DNA of 64,000 nt from Spongospora subterranea f. sp. subterranea (GCA_049724395.1 JAUGWO010000034.1:62001-126000); one strand, 5' to 3'. Shown: positions 1 to 12,541, counted from the first letter of the stretch. Notes: generated by a model not told the origin, from the letters alone. Made by a program: numbers and translations.

Positions 1-966
1 CGCAACGCAACGTGCGCGAACTTGCGACGACAACTTCAAAACGGCAATTTGATCGGCGAGGAAGACTGACATCTCGACCAATCGCTGAATACGTCGCATA
101 TTCTCCATTTTCCGGGGCAGGTTAAATTCGAGTCGCATGGTCGCTGGGGATAAGCATGGCGTAAAGGCAGCTTGGTCCGTGATCAGCATCGAGACAAATA
201 AGTCTTGTGCCTCCGATATTACTATAACGAACACTAAGTTAAATCGTTATTACCGTAGAGAAGGATTATAAACCTTTTACAACACGATTATCCAAAATAG
301 AAATGACTTCGGATGTTTCCGCCAGGACTGAGATCCCTTTGCCATTTAACGCGAGAAATGCTGTCGGTTTCGTTGTGAAGGATGAAACGTCTTTCAATTC
401 TTTCCGCCATTTTCGCTCGTCGCGCCGTTTGCAGACCATTAATACAAACGGTTCCATTGACTCGGTTTCGAACGGAATTTCAATCGTACAGCGATCGTAG
501 TCGCGAACAATACCGAATAAATCCAGGAAAATACTGACAAGATCTTGACGTTTTTTCAATTGCAGGGTAGCAAGCAGACCCCCGCAAGCACGTCTTCCGG
601 AAGAATATAAACGATATGCGGACTCAGAATCCTTAATCAGAACCCGATTTTGGGCAGCACCTTTATCATCAACAACATATAAGACCAAGAAAGACCCATG
701 TTCATCAACACACCTTGATATGCGCCCACCTTAGCGAACTGAACTTGAAGGATCGGTTTAATGTTATTGAACCATTCGGTAGCAATCCGTCGATTGATGC
801 GTGATCCACGATAATAAACGACGATTAAAACAGCAATCAAGACACACGCCATGGTTTCCGGCCAGCGGAATTGCGTCTCCATTAAGCGAGACCGTAGCTG
901 CTCACCAACGGAAGACGCCATAGAGGTCGATAATATCATAGGCAACAAGAAAGCCCAGAAACCCAT
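1..966 (-). CDS. CCDC47: CCDC47/DUF1682-like PAT complex subunit (spliced; 3' end runs off the window)
   Basis: N-terminal hydrophobic segments, then 'LIKDSESAYRLYSSGRRAC..LLATLQLKKRQDL' typical of DUF1682; a 53-nt GT-AG intron joins ORFs 637..1038 and 266..688. Confidence 0.75.
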
Positions 967-1859
967 CTGTGTCTGGATTGTTCGACGAAACCGCACAGCG
1001 TTCTCTGAAATAATGAAGGCTGGCTGCTTTCCTCGCAATAAATTAAGTCCGAGGCTGGGAGGCGTCCTTAGCCGTCTTATGACTCTTATCTTATGATTTC
1101 TACACTGACCGAATCAAGGGGGCCGACCAATCGCGCCACCTTGGTAACATTTCTTGAGGAACGGAGATACAGCTGGATCGACGTGTCCCGGCTTGATTTT
1201 TGACGATTATGATGTTTGGATTTGTTTTGTCATCTAGATTAGGCGACATGTACATAGTACGACAATTAAAGCATCGAAATTCTATCTGGGAAACTTGTGC
1301 TGAAATCAGCCGCAATTTACACGCAGATTCTGTTATATCCAAATGGATAGTAAATGATCATATTTTATTTTGGCCAACATTATATCAGTTGGCTGAAAAC
1401 TGCCGTTTTTGACATCGCATAAAAGAAGTAACCCCGATTGTTCATGTTTTCAATAGCATCGTCGCCTCCATAACCTTTCGAAGCATGACCAAATACGTCT
1501 GCTTGTGTTGACTTCATCCCAGGTTTATTCCCATGCCTTTTTTATGAATCTAATAGGAAGGTTGCAACACCTGGAGAAATTTTTGTGTTAAATCCCAAAA
1601 GTACGCTAGGATTGCATATGCAGTGATATTGGTAAAACCTTGGATGCATTTGAAACCAATGTCCAATTCACTTTCGCAGAGCCGAAAAATCTTAACGTAT
1701 ATGGACGTTACGTGACTGTACAGTAGAGATGTTTATACCTACAACATTGTAGTGTAGCGCCATGGACAAAGGAGTGGACTACCACGGACTTGATAGCGGA
1801 CATCACCGTTGCTGTTGATTCTCATTGATTCTCATTGGGTGCTTTCGAGTCTCGAATCG

Positions 1860-3321
1860 ATGCTGTGCGCTTTGAGTGGGGAGATCACCCGCGACCCAGT
1901 CGTTAGCACCAAATCAGGACATGTGTTTGAACGACAGCTTCTGGCGAAATACATCGAGCGCAATCCGGAGGACCCGGTATCACATGAGCCCATGACCATG
2001 GACGATATTGTTCCAATCCGCTCTGTTAACCCAGTCGTGCGCCCAAGACCCAACGCCAATTCTTTACCGGCGCTGATGAACAGCTTTCAAGACGAATGGG
2101 ACGCCTTAATGTTAGAAACTTATACTCTACGTCAGAATCTGCATGCAACACGCAAGGAATTGAGCCACTCTCTATATCGTTATGACGCCGCTGTTCGCGT
2201 CATCGCACGTCTAAAAAGTGAACGGGATGAAGCGCGATCAGGTTTGGCACAAGCAACTTCACAGGTTGGAATGGAAATTGATCGTGATGAGAAGCCCGAA
2301 TCATTTCTCCCTGAAGACGTCGTTGCAAATTTAGACGAAAACTGCAAACTTCTCACGTCAACACGCCGTTCAACATTTAAGAATCCATCGGAACGGCTAG
2401 CCAGCGTGGACCAGCTTGCTACCTATATTGGCGAGCGATCGTTCGCCCTACATTTATCTTCGAAGCCTGGAATTACATGTGTAGATGCACATAAAACGGT
2501 TAAGGAGTTGATCGCCACAGGCGGCGTCGATACTCGTGTTGTTGTTTTTGATATCGACAGCGGAAAAGTGAAAGACACGTTGAAAGGGCACACTAAGAAA
2601 GTGACATCCTTGGTGTTTCACAGTGAACGCCAATTGCTGGCGTCAGCTAGCGAAGACGGCACTGTTCGACTGTGGGAATCGTCTGGGAAATCATTCCAGA
2701 GCGCGTACTCACTTTCCGATCATTCTGATATCGTCACTAGCGTTGACATGCACTCGTCGAGGCGGTATATGGGCTCTGCGTCTCGGGATAGGTCATGGGC
2801 GTTTTACGATCTCGAAGAAGGAAAATTAATCCATCAATTCGTTCATGCGCCTATCACGAGCGGGTACAGCGCTGGCGTTTTCCATCCTGATGGAGTTTTG
2901 TACGCTGGCGGAGCCGGTGACGTCATCTTTATTTGGGACCTGAAAGCTCAAGCGCCGGTCACATCGTTTGAAGGACATGCCGGCGACATTACCAGCTTGT
3001 CGTTCAGTGAGAATGGGTTCTATATGGCGGCGGCCGACACCACCGGGACTACCAAAATCTGGGATTTGCGTAAATTGCAAGCCGTTTATGAATTGCCCAA
3101 GCAAGATGTTGTGAACGCTGTCAGGTTTGACCCGTCCGGGCATTATTTAGCGGTGGCCGGCTCAACATTACAAGTGTATGAAGTGGCCAAGAAGTGGCCG
3201 ACGAATTGTATCTTGGGACAACCGCTCGATGCCCTGCACCGACGTCGTATTCGGAGCCGATGCATCGTTCGTTGCCTCAGTCGGCATGGATCGTCATCTT
3301 AATCTGTACACATCGCCATGA
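1860..3321 (+). CDS. PRP19: Pre-mRNA splicing factor PRP19 (U-box, coiled coil, WD40), with an apparent 1-nt frameshift near 3198
   Basis: MLCALSGE..PVVS.KSGHVFER U-box; 'QDEWDALMLETYTLRQ..RKELSHSLY.YDAAVRVIARL'; WD repeats; canonical C-terminus 'CTDVVFGADASFVASVGMDRHLNLYTSP*' lies in the +1 frame. Confidence 0.95.
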
Positions 3322-3717
3322 TCCAAAATAATCCATTTTTAACACTTACTAATAAAGCCAATAATACCGACCAATGTGTAGTTACGAGTTTACTGTGCAA
3401 GAGATAGTTTGATTTGTGTTGAAGACATATGGCGGATTGTCGAAATTTTGGAACATGATTCATGGACAACATTTCAGCGCCCACCAGTCGGAATCGTGCA
3501 AGTTCATGGAAATGGCAACGACAACAATCGTCGCTACTGACTCCACTAAAACTTTTATTAGCCCCGCCAAAAACCCAGAGGGTATCCTGAAACATCGTTG
3601 ACCAGTGCCTGAGTTATCAGCAGCGTCGCATCTTCGATTGGTTGTGCGGTTGATCGTCGACCAACCGCTATTTTCGCTCGGATTCGAGGAAATTGAGCCG
3701 GTTCATAGCGATCGTCG

Positions 3718-4520
3718 ATGGTGCGATTAGAGGCTGAGGTGGAGCGTATGGTGCGAGAGAAATGGAACGACCCGAAATACGCCGGTCCTCCCCGTCCGGA
3801 GGACTTCCTGCGGGCTATACCCGCTGACGACGCGAAACGCGAATACATATTATCAAGTGAAGATTTGAAGCATCTACCGCATCTTACTTTGCCATCAGAT
3901 TCAAAGCGAGTTGGAGGTACCTTTCTTGTTTTGACAATTCTATTTGCGAAATTGTAACGTCTTGTTCAACGTTTTCTTGCACACGCACTGACCTAACGCC
4001 ACATAATCGCAAGGAATAGTGGTAACGATCATTGGCTGGTAAAGGAAGGTTTTTAGGACGATACGGTTATGTGGTAACGAATACCGTTGCTTGGCCTTCG
4101 TGTCTATGTAACCCGAAGTTTATCAGTTCAGTGTGACGATGGTGTTATGTTTCATTCTCTTGAAGCGCCTGGCAATTATTACCGGTTGATGTCACAGTCT
4201 CTACCGTTCTGCTTTTTATTGTTAAGTTCTATGGGTTTGCTCTAATATGTTGTTGTTTTTTCGAAGAAAAGTCGTATCTGCCAGAGGATTTGGAGCAAGC
4301 CGGAATTCGGAAATGGGGGGAAATGGAGTTCTATCTGAAACGTGCCGAGCGTAAGCGTCACGAGATTTCTCTTCAGCGTGAGCAGCTGAAAGAGCAGGTA
4401 ATGCAAGCCCCGCTAGATTCGACCAGCCGAAACCATGAACGCATGACGGCCCGCCATCGCCTGGCGTTAATGAAGCACAAGGCCGAGAACGAGCCCGCTC
4501 ATCATATGCCAGGGATATGA
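3718..4520 (+). CDS. Small spliced protein with an XPA C-terminal-like domain
   Basis: 'DDAKREYILSSEDLKHLP' and 'YLPEDLEQAGIRKWG...KRAERKR' resemble the XPA_C motifs; internal exon structure at 3918-4266 is unresolved. Confidence 0.5.
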
Positions 4521-4844
4521 GAACAAATTAATGCAGAATAATCAGAGTTTGATATTGATATTTGTTTCCAAGTCGTGTATAAGGAACAATGACTGCAAAA
4601 GTTAGAGTACAAAATGCTCAGCAGTGATCCATCCGGTTCCATGACATCCAACACCAACGTGCAGCTAGCACCACGACGCTTTACTTTCGATGTGACAACC
4701 ATGCAGAAATTGGTTGTTCAGAAATCCTTCTTAGGTCCACGACCGTAAGTGGGGATCTTTTACATCGGCCGAAGATCAACAGTGATGACCCAATCCATGT
4801 CGGTCGTTATTCACATCTGGAATTGCTAACAAATCGTTATCGTG

Positions 4845-5312
4845 ATGCATGCTAGAGGTACTCTTGATGTCACGATCCTAATGCTCATCATCGTCGTCTT
4901 CCCATCGCCGTCCTGTGCACAGCAGATCTCTGGCCAAGATCTCATCGACAAAATTCCCGCAAACGCACCACAGAAAGTGGCCGATGCAGTTTCAAACCAC
5001 AAGCAATCTGTGCCAGACGCAGCCAAAGTGTTTGGTATCTCGACCATCCCACCGATAACCGATTTCGTGCCGCCGCCGTCAAAGAGGCCTGCGACAGTCC
5101 AGACAGACAATGGGATAGGTTGGAATGGGACGAAAACAGGGTGCGTCATTGGCATCTCAATCTCTGGATTGATTATATTATGGGCGTTACATGGCATGAT
5201 CTCCATTTTGTGTAAGAAAAGGAAGATACGTCAGATGCGCAGAAGAATGTTGAGCATTGAAAGCAACCAAGATGCGCCTGAGGATGTAGTTGAAAGTAAT
5301 GACATGGCATAA
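4845..5312 (+). CDS. Orphan type-I membrane protein, paralog 1
   Basis: Signal-peptide-like N-terminus, Pro-rich ectodomain, TM 'GCVIGISISGLIILWAL', basic stop-transfer KKRK. Confidence 0.75.
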   Translation: MHARGTLDVTILMLIIVVFPSPSCAQQISGQDLIDKIPANAPQKVADAVSNHKQSVPDAAKVFGISTIPPITDFVPPPSKRPATVQTDNGIGWNGTKTGCVIGISISGLIILWALHGMISILCKKRKIRQMRRRMLSIESNQDAPEDVVESNDMA

Positions 5313-5382
5313 ATTTCAATATATTTGAAAGGTTTACTCACACAAACAATACCAATTTTTGAACTGTTGACGATAGGTCTTG

Positions 5383-5481
5383 TGTTGGTATTTAGAAAAA
5401 CTAAAGAGCTTTAGACACAAGATGCAAATATGTTGGTATCTCTAGAAAAATCAAAGAGCTCTTAGGCACAAAATGCGAATA
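5383..5481. repeat. Imperfect ~50-bp tandem duplication
   Basis: tgttggta..tagaaaaa..aaagagct..ttag.cacaa.atgc.aata occurs twice. Confidence 0.8.
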
Positions 5482-5528
5482 TCGTTAAGAAACCCGGCTG
5501 GATACGATTATTTACTGAATTTCATGAC

Positions 5529-5894
5529 TCACTGGACATTTGGCCTTGGAAGTTTGAATAGGGAGAACTCGTGGTTGGCGGCATTGGATAGAACATCAAC
5601 TGCAGGATCTTCAACACCATCATCGTCGTCAAAGCGCATTGTGATGCCCCAGAAATCCAACGGCGACACGGTCGGAGGGACATTCGCCGGGATTTCAGCC
5701 CGGCGGATTTGATCAATCCACGATAAAACTGGGCGAATCTGGTTCTCGGCATCGGGAAGGGAAAGCTTGCACATGGATTGAAGCTTGACAGTATCGATAT
5801 CGAATGTCAGCGGTCCTGCCCTTGTTGCTGACTGCAACGACCAGGACGCTGGCGGCAAGCGAAACCGCGACAACTGCGAACAGACCGACGACAT
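5529..5894 (-). CDS. GATC: Probable mitochondrial Glu-tRNA(Gln) amidotransferase subunit C
   Basis: Ser/Arg-rich transit-peptide-like N-terminus; 'KLQSMCKLSL...VLSWIDQI...VPPTVSP...MRFD...DVLSNAANHEFSLFKLPR' fits the GatC pattern. Confidence 0.65.
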   Translation of the reverse strand: MSSVCSQLSRFRLPPASWSLQSATRAGPLTFDIDTVKLQSMCKLSLPDAENQIRPVLSWIDQIRRAEIPANVPPTVSPLDFWGITMRFDDDDGVEDPAVDVLSNAANHEFSLFKLPRPNVQ

Positions 5895-6123
5895 TGATCT
5901 GAAAAGATAACAGCGCGGATATCAACGACCTCAATGGTCAATAACATGAAAATCACTGTCAATTTTGCCGTAATATGAACCGACTTGATCACCAGGTCAG
6001 ACTCTACATTCTTCATGAACCAAGAACCTCAAACGAACATGAAGCGCTATCGCCAACAAAGTAGCGTAAGTATCGTAAAATAAAGATCAACTGCCGCCGC
6101 ATTTGAGATTGTCAACATATCAT

Positions 6124-6208
6124 GTGTTTGTGGCCGAGTTGGTCTAAGGCGCTAGCTTAAGGCGCTAGTTTCGTTCGCGGAGCGCGGGTTCAAATCCCGT
6201 CGAACACA
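6124..6208 (+). tRNA. tRNA-Leu (anticodon AAG)
   Basis: Acceptor GTGTTTG/CGAACAC, D-arm TGGCCGAGTTGGTCTAAGGC, anticodon stem CTAGC with loop TTAAGGC, long variable arm, GGTTCAAATCC T-loop; T-run Pol III terminator at 6211-6219. Confidence 0.95.
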
Positions 6209-7279
6209 TATTTTTTTTTGTATCGCAACAAACACTTATGTTTGTGCCAACTGCCCTCATTATTGACAAACTTCGTTCGATGCAATCATAAAGGTAACTT
6301 GAACAACGACCCATTCGGAGATGCATGAGAGGCAGAAGTTTCAGGAGAGTAATGTTTCTTTATCATTCAGAAATGGCAAGACCATGTCGAAATCTTGTTG
6401 TAACAGACGCTGGAGTTCCAATTCAGCAACTGACGCGAAATAAATCAGTCTTCGAGATTCATTGTCGATCGGGGACAACACCAGTGTGCATCTTCCGCTG
6501 GCGTTTTTAGTTGTCAAAGTATCATTACGATTGGGACCGCATTTCATCACCCGAGTTGCCTTTTACGATGTATTGACCAACGTTGTTTAATTTTATCACA
6601 GAAACTTATGAGAAGATTTAACAGATTTGCTGTAGGTACTCCGAATGGGAAACACTAATCGAACAAGATCGGGATTCGCCTAATCAATGAATGTGACAAG
6701 AAAATCGGAACAACTCAGAGCGTCTGGTAGGACAGATTGACGCATTCATTGAAGAGAGGCACTGCTCAGCACCTGATGACTTGATTACTCAATGACCATA
6801 AATACCGCAAAAGTGAAAGCTCTTTGGAAAGATTGAGTGTTTTGACAAGTAAAGGGGCACTCTGTTAACGGGAACTCAGTAAAGGTCAATAAGAAACGGC
6901 GTTGATATATGACGTCTCTGCACTTTTTAACATATGAAGATGGGGCTTTACAATCAGGCACCCACCTTTATTTTGGGATAGACTAAACCACTAACTCAAC
7001 AAGGTCTGGATCAATGAAAACGAGATGAAATAGATTATCACCTAATTTATGGCCTTTTATATGGATAGAGTTGCATGGCGGTACGGTTTTGGATATGGCG
7101 ACAAAGAAATATCCAGCGGCGCGTATAACCGGTATGGCTGCGTCCCTGATAGAAGACGATTCGTAACCAGGTGCAGCAATGTGGGATCAAATTTGGCAAG
7201 CATGAAAGGAATGGTGAAGAGGGACAATTGACGTCAAAGTCAGGGTCCTGAACCATATCGTCATGTGAAGCCATCCCTG

Positions 7280-7373
7280 CTGGAATTTTTTCGCTAAACA
7301 CCACAACTACCAAACAATCTCTTCTACTGGAATTTTTTCGCTAAACACCACAACTACCAAACAATCTCTTCTA
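7280..7373. repeat. Perfect 47-bp tandem duplication
   Basis: ctggaattttttcgctaaacaccacaactaccaaacaatctcttcta x2. Confidence 0.95.
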
Positions 7374-7399
7374 TTATTACATTTGTATTGCGATTGGGG

Positions 7400-8297
7400 T
7401 CATACTGTCTCTGATATCGACTGGTCACCGTTTGTAATATGGCGCTTTTCGCAATATCTGCCGGTCTTGCATTTATGCACCTTTCGCTTCTTAGAACATC
7501 GAATGCATAGAGCAGCAAACGTTCCCAGAATGAGAGCCCCGGCTATAGATCCCCCGATCACACACCCTTTCATTGCCGGAGACCATGAATTTCGTGTGTC
7601 CGAAAGGTGATGCCCCGGCTCGTTTCTGTTTATCCTGAGACGATTTGGCATCGGACGGGTCCACAGAAGGTGGTGGCGGCGTCGGCGGCAATGTAAACTC
7701 GGTCATTGGCGGTATGGTTGGAACTCCAAAAACGTTCGTGGCGTCAGGCAGAATGTGGTCATTAGCGGGTGAGGCGACATTAGCACCAGATAATAATCCA
7801 CTCAGAGTTGGATCCTGGGCTATTGGATTTGATCCAGACTTTGACGGTGCTCTTTGCTGACCACTTGCCGCGCCTGGGCCTGTTGGTGATGTTTCAGAAG
7901 CGGGCGGCGGTCTTTGCTGCACATTTCCTGCACTTTTGGCTGACTTGGATCCGGTTACAGGAACGTTGAGTTTGTGCGGTTTGGTCCAAGACGACTTCGG
8001 CGATGACGGCTTGCTGGGTGGTTGATCATTCTCAGTACCGACCGAGCCAGGTTTATCTCCATTTTGCTGAGGATTGGCGTCAAGCTCAGCGTTGGAATGT
8101 TGAGGATTGGCATTGCCCGCAGTTGAGACGGGTTCAGAGTTGGTGGCGCTCTGGTCGCCCATGGCTGGCAACTCCTGTGCATCTTCAACCTGATTCGATG
8201 GGTAATGCTGTTCCTGAATTAAGCCGTGCTGCGCTCCCACAATTGACGGCGTCATTAGAGCGATGAAAGCGATGAAAACGAAAGAATTTGTCATCAT
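7400..8297 (-). CDS. Orphan type-I membrane protein, paralog 2 (apparent 1-nt frameshift near 7615)
   Basis: Signal peptide; S/P/Q-rich ectodomain with 'LPDATNVFGVPTIPPMTEF'; TM 'KGCVIGGSIAGALILGTFAALC' plus KKRK lies in the adjacent frame (ORF 7400..7651). Confidence 0.75.
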
Positions 8298-9109
8298 TCG
8301 AAATAATCAACTTAAGATATGATTTCAACCAGGGACTCCCCAGGCCTCACTGTCGGTGGACTAAAATCGACCGACAGTTTATCGGACGATAACGAAGCTG
8401 TCTTCGATTCATCCATGACACTGCTTTACCATCCAACACATGAGGTTATCTGAAACGATATGATGGAATACGACATATGTTCAGCTACATTGCTATCGGA
8501 AAAAAAAGGTCCATGGTCGCAAAGTGCAAAGCCATGTCCGACACGTATTTGAATCAGGACATTGGTGTTGAATACGTAATCGCTCCCTCCTTATAAATGG
8601 TTCATTACGAGAGATTACGAGAGAAAGAGTGGATCGTTGACGAGTATGTCGGTCGGAAATTGATTGCAAAGCGATATTGTTTCAGAGCTTTCGCAGATTC
8701 GGAACTTGGTTTAAGAACAATCACGTGAAGATGAAAACTTTGTTGTTTTTGCTAACTAGATGAATAAAAACAACTGCTCATGCTATTTATTGGTTCTAAA
8801 AAGCTTCGTTATGTGCTGAGGCCATTTGCTTTGTTCAAAGTGATTACAGTCAACACCTGTTGCTGGAATGCAATGAATTCCTTCCGGGTACCCATATATA
8901 ACAGAGTGGTTAGGGAACAGTTGATAGAGCAATACGTGGCTTCAGTTGGCAGTTTTATGAAACCGGGCTCGCTATTCGGCCGCCGGCACTTGAAAATTCC
9001 CTCATGAAGGGTGGACCTGAAGAGCGAGTTTTCCCTGAGATAACGACCGACTGTTACCATGACCTATGTCATGTCATAGGTCATTGTCCATCACATCAAT
9101 ATCGGTCAA

Positions 9110-9952
9110 ATGAATTACGTAGAGTTCATCGCCCTGTTTGAGCTATTGAGGCTGTGCGTCGTCAGCCAAGCTCAAATTGCCGTTGATCCTCAGGTGCTCG
9201 CCTCGGGAGTAGATGCACTCGGTGGCGCTGATGCGTTGGGAAACCTCCCAGCTGCGCTTGGCTCTGCCTTGGAGTCCAACGGCGTTGCCGGCAAAATTCC
9301 AGAAGCGATTCGCTCAGCATTAGCTCGCACCGGTGATAACGATAAAACCCCAGCAGAGGTCAAACCTGCGTTGACTGACAGCAGCCATTATCAACCCGAA
9401 GACGGCCATGGCGTCACTAAGGCAGTCAATGCAGATCGGCCTCCAGGGGTGAAACCTGATAAAGCAATGGAGAACATATCCAGGGACGAACCGGCAACTG
9501 ATAGGCCCAACAATGCTCGTTCGCCATCTGATCAATCACAGAACGGGAAGTTAGGAAACGTGTTGAACGGACTGATGGGTGGAGTGGCAAACAATATCCC
9601 GAACGCCATTAGCGCATTCCAATTACCAAAAATTCCCGACGTTGCCGAACAGGCCAAGGCGACGGCAATGCCGTTGCCAGAGGATGTGTCAAAGTTGGCA
9701 GAAGCTCACAAACCGAGTGTGACGACGACGTCGGGTGATCCACCAGAGCCAGATAGAATGGCGAGCGACGAGATGGATGTCCATACAAAAGCATACGCAA
9801 TTGGAGCAATCATTGGCGGATGCATTTTCCTGGTATCTGTCATGTGCATGATGATATGGGTCCGACGATCAAACAAGAGGGCCAGAGAGAAGAACCGCCA
9901 GGACGCTGATCGAGAAACCGAAGAACTCTCCGAGGATAGTTTACCTGCATAA
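9110..9952 (+). CDS. Orphan type-I membrane protein, paralog 3
   Basis: Signal peptide, low-complexity ectodomain with 'IPNAISAFQLPKIPD', TM 'AYAIGAIIGGCIFLVSVMCMMIWV', basic then acidic tail. Confidence 0.75.
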   Translation: MNYVEFIALFELLRLCVVSQAQIAVDPQVLASGVDALGGADALGNLPAALGSALESNGVAGKIPEAIRSALARTGDNDKTPAEVKPALTDSSHYQPEDGHGVTKAVNADRPPGVKPDKAMENISRDEPATDRPNNARSPSDQSQNGKLGNVLNGLMGGVANNIPNAISAFQLPKIPDVAEQAKATAMPLPEDVSKLAEAHKPSVTTTSGDPPEPDRMASDEMDVHTKAYAIGAIIGGCIFLVSVMCMMIWVRRSNKRAREKNRQDADRETEELSEDSLPA

Positions 9953-11089
9953 TCAATTTCTTTGAGATGTGCAATACGAATAAACGGTGAACATTGACGG
10001 CAAGTTAAATGATGATGTCAATGCTTCAGCTAGTTGTAAAGTCAATGTACACTGGTTTGAGATTAGCTCCATTGATGCATCTACTGTCTCTGGCTCAGCT
10101 GACTATGCACGGGGGATTGTTCTTGGGATCAGCCATGTGAACGCAAATGGGAAGAGTTGCACTAGAATTAACGAGGGTAAAAATTCGTCTCTCCATGTTT
10201 CTCTTTGCCGCCAGCTGCTCGCCCGAGAGGACGACAGCGAAAGGTTGACTCTTCTGTCAAGGCGGGAATCAAGCTGGAGTTTTCATCACAATGGGTTAGA
10301 AATGAGAAAACTGCCAAGTAATCAGTCTTCTGCATATAAGACTATACATCTGAGCTCTGCCAAACCCAAAACACATTCGATATTGGCTGAATTAGTATCA
10401 AACGAAAATAAAGAAATGCGGTTGCCAGATGAAAACTATCTTTTTGGTGGACCTTACCGCACATAGGACAATACCAAGGAACTAGATAATTTGTGCATGG
10501 ATATTATCAAATCAACCTAGCTTTTAGCTCAGCAGTTGCTTGCCCTTGATATTCAAACGCAAAATATACTCAAATCAGGCTCTGGTTTGGCAACAGCAAC
10601 TGACAGCTGACCTATATGAAACTGCAGCGAGACGTAAAACTTCCCATGGAGGTGCTCGTTTGAGCGATGGAGCTGATTTTTCTATCGTTTACACCTGCAA
10701 TTGTGTACGGAGGTCATATTGCTAATGGCATGTTCATTATCTGAGAGAGTGTTTTGCGGATCAGTCGATACTCATGGTGCGTGCGATTAGTGGATAGTTG
10801 AGCATTCGATAGTGATTGACGGATCATTAGATATTCGGACGAGGGGATAGCGAATCCTCGATTGTTGATTAGCGGATAGCGATTCGTGAACCGTGATCAC
10901 GCTGATGTTTAGAATAGTGAAGTCCTAAACAGTGACTATTGGAGAGTGACCAGTGGATAGTGAATCAATCGGTGTAGTGATTCTATCGATACAGGAGACG
11001 GACTGATCACTGTCTTGGCCGCGCGTTTCACCCCTGTGGACTTGGATTCACGCTAACGACTCGCCGATCAGCGGGGGGATCTCATCAAC

Positions 11090-12541
11090 ATGATCGGATC
11101 GCAACCGGGGACCACAGAAGACACCAGCATCTCGACGAAGATACGTGCCGCCTATGCCAGCTGGTACCATCAGACGCCGGCAGCGACCCGTGCCATCATC
11201 ATCGTCGGGTTAGCTGGTAAGTTCTTCACACAAATCTAAAACTGTTCCTCTGACTTTATTCCAGGAACGTTGCTAACAGCATTAAATATCGACGAATTTC
11301 TGGGAAGAAATTGCCCCGAACTCACAGTTTTCCATGTTGAAGGTTTATCGTTCATGGTATGAAACGGGGCACTGTCTAACGAAAGTTTTTTTGTAGTTTG
11401 GCGTGTTTTTACTGCCGGTTTTATCGGCCGGAGCGTGTTGACCGATTTTTTCGCTATTTTCAGTATTTATCAGGTCGGGATGACTTTTTTTTCTTTGAGG
11501 AGTCATCTGAAGACAGTTGTCATCGTAGACCTGCTCTCGGCTGGAACAAAAAAAAGGCTCAGCTTACATAATTCTAACATCAATCGGGTCTACCGTGTTA
11601 ATTCAGTTCATAACAGTTGTAGTGACGACCTTGGCTGGCATCTTATTTACCGAATCTTTATATTACTTTTTCGGGGGAGGATTCTGGCCGTTATCCTTTG
11701 TATTTATCGCATTTGACTGTGCCACGTCTTCTCAGCCTACTCGGCAGTTAGGGGCAACAATATGCCATTCTATAACAATTTTCAACGATTATATTCAGGT
11801 TACTTTGCTTTCCAGTTGAAGTGCCCACAAAATATTTTGCCGCTATTCTCGCAGTAAGTTTTCCTGTCAAACGATTTTCACTTGTACATTTACCGAGTAC
11901 AGGGCATATTCTTCTTATTTTCAGGAGGGGGCGCCATTGATATATTTCTTGGACTTTTAGTAGGAACTGGGCGTAAGATTGCTTTGGAAGCGGTTTTTGC
12001 ATGAAACGTTAAATCTCTGCTCAGTTGGAAAGTTTCCCAGTTTACAAGTATCATCAGACAATTGTCGTCTCTTTGAGGAGAACTCGTCCATGCATACAAT
12101 CGTGGCGATGCCTGGATTTGTTTCCGTCAACGGGCTAGATTCGTTGATTGACTCAGGAGAAGCTTTGAACGACATGTTAGTATAGCAGCATTGTTTAGGT
12201 TTTCGCTGACACCAGTATGGCGAAGAATGTCGAACACCGGCAGCAGATTTAGTGGGCCATCGATCAGCCCAAAGCGAGCATTTCGTCCATTTTCTGGAAA
12301 CGGGCAGAAACTCGGATCTGCGTCGGATACTACTCCAGGCCAGTTCCCAGGTTTGGACGATCAAGGCGTCGGATATCCGGTGCAAAATCAGTATGTGCCG
12401 ACCAGGTATCCAATTTTGTTAAGATGGATCGGTGACAATTTTTTTTCATTATTAATCTATAGCGCCGTTGATACAAGCAATCAGGCGTCCGATTCCAGGA
12501 CTGAAGATAGCGAGGACAAACTTGGCCCATATATGGTGTAG
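11090..12541 (+). CDS. Rhomboid-superfamily (Derlin-like) pseudoprotease with C-terminal SHP box; multi-exon
   Basis: Spliced translation 'WYHQTPAATRAIII...NCPELTVFHVEVWRVFTA' (WR motif), 'GFWP' at the catalytic GxSG position, 'VPTKYF', p97-binding-type 'FSGNGQKLG'. Confidence 0.7.

Noticed and set aside
6230..7260. Possible gene or TE downstream of the tRNA
   Set aside because: Only short broken frames with no motif I can recognise; probably a decayed element
9987..10740. 159-aa ORF and neighbours
   Set aside because: Non-ATG start and no recognisable domain or splice pattern
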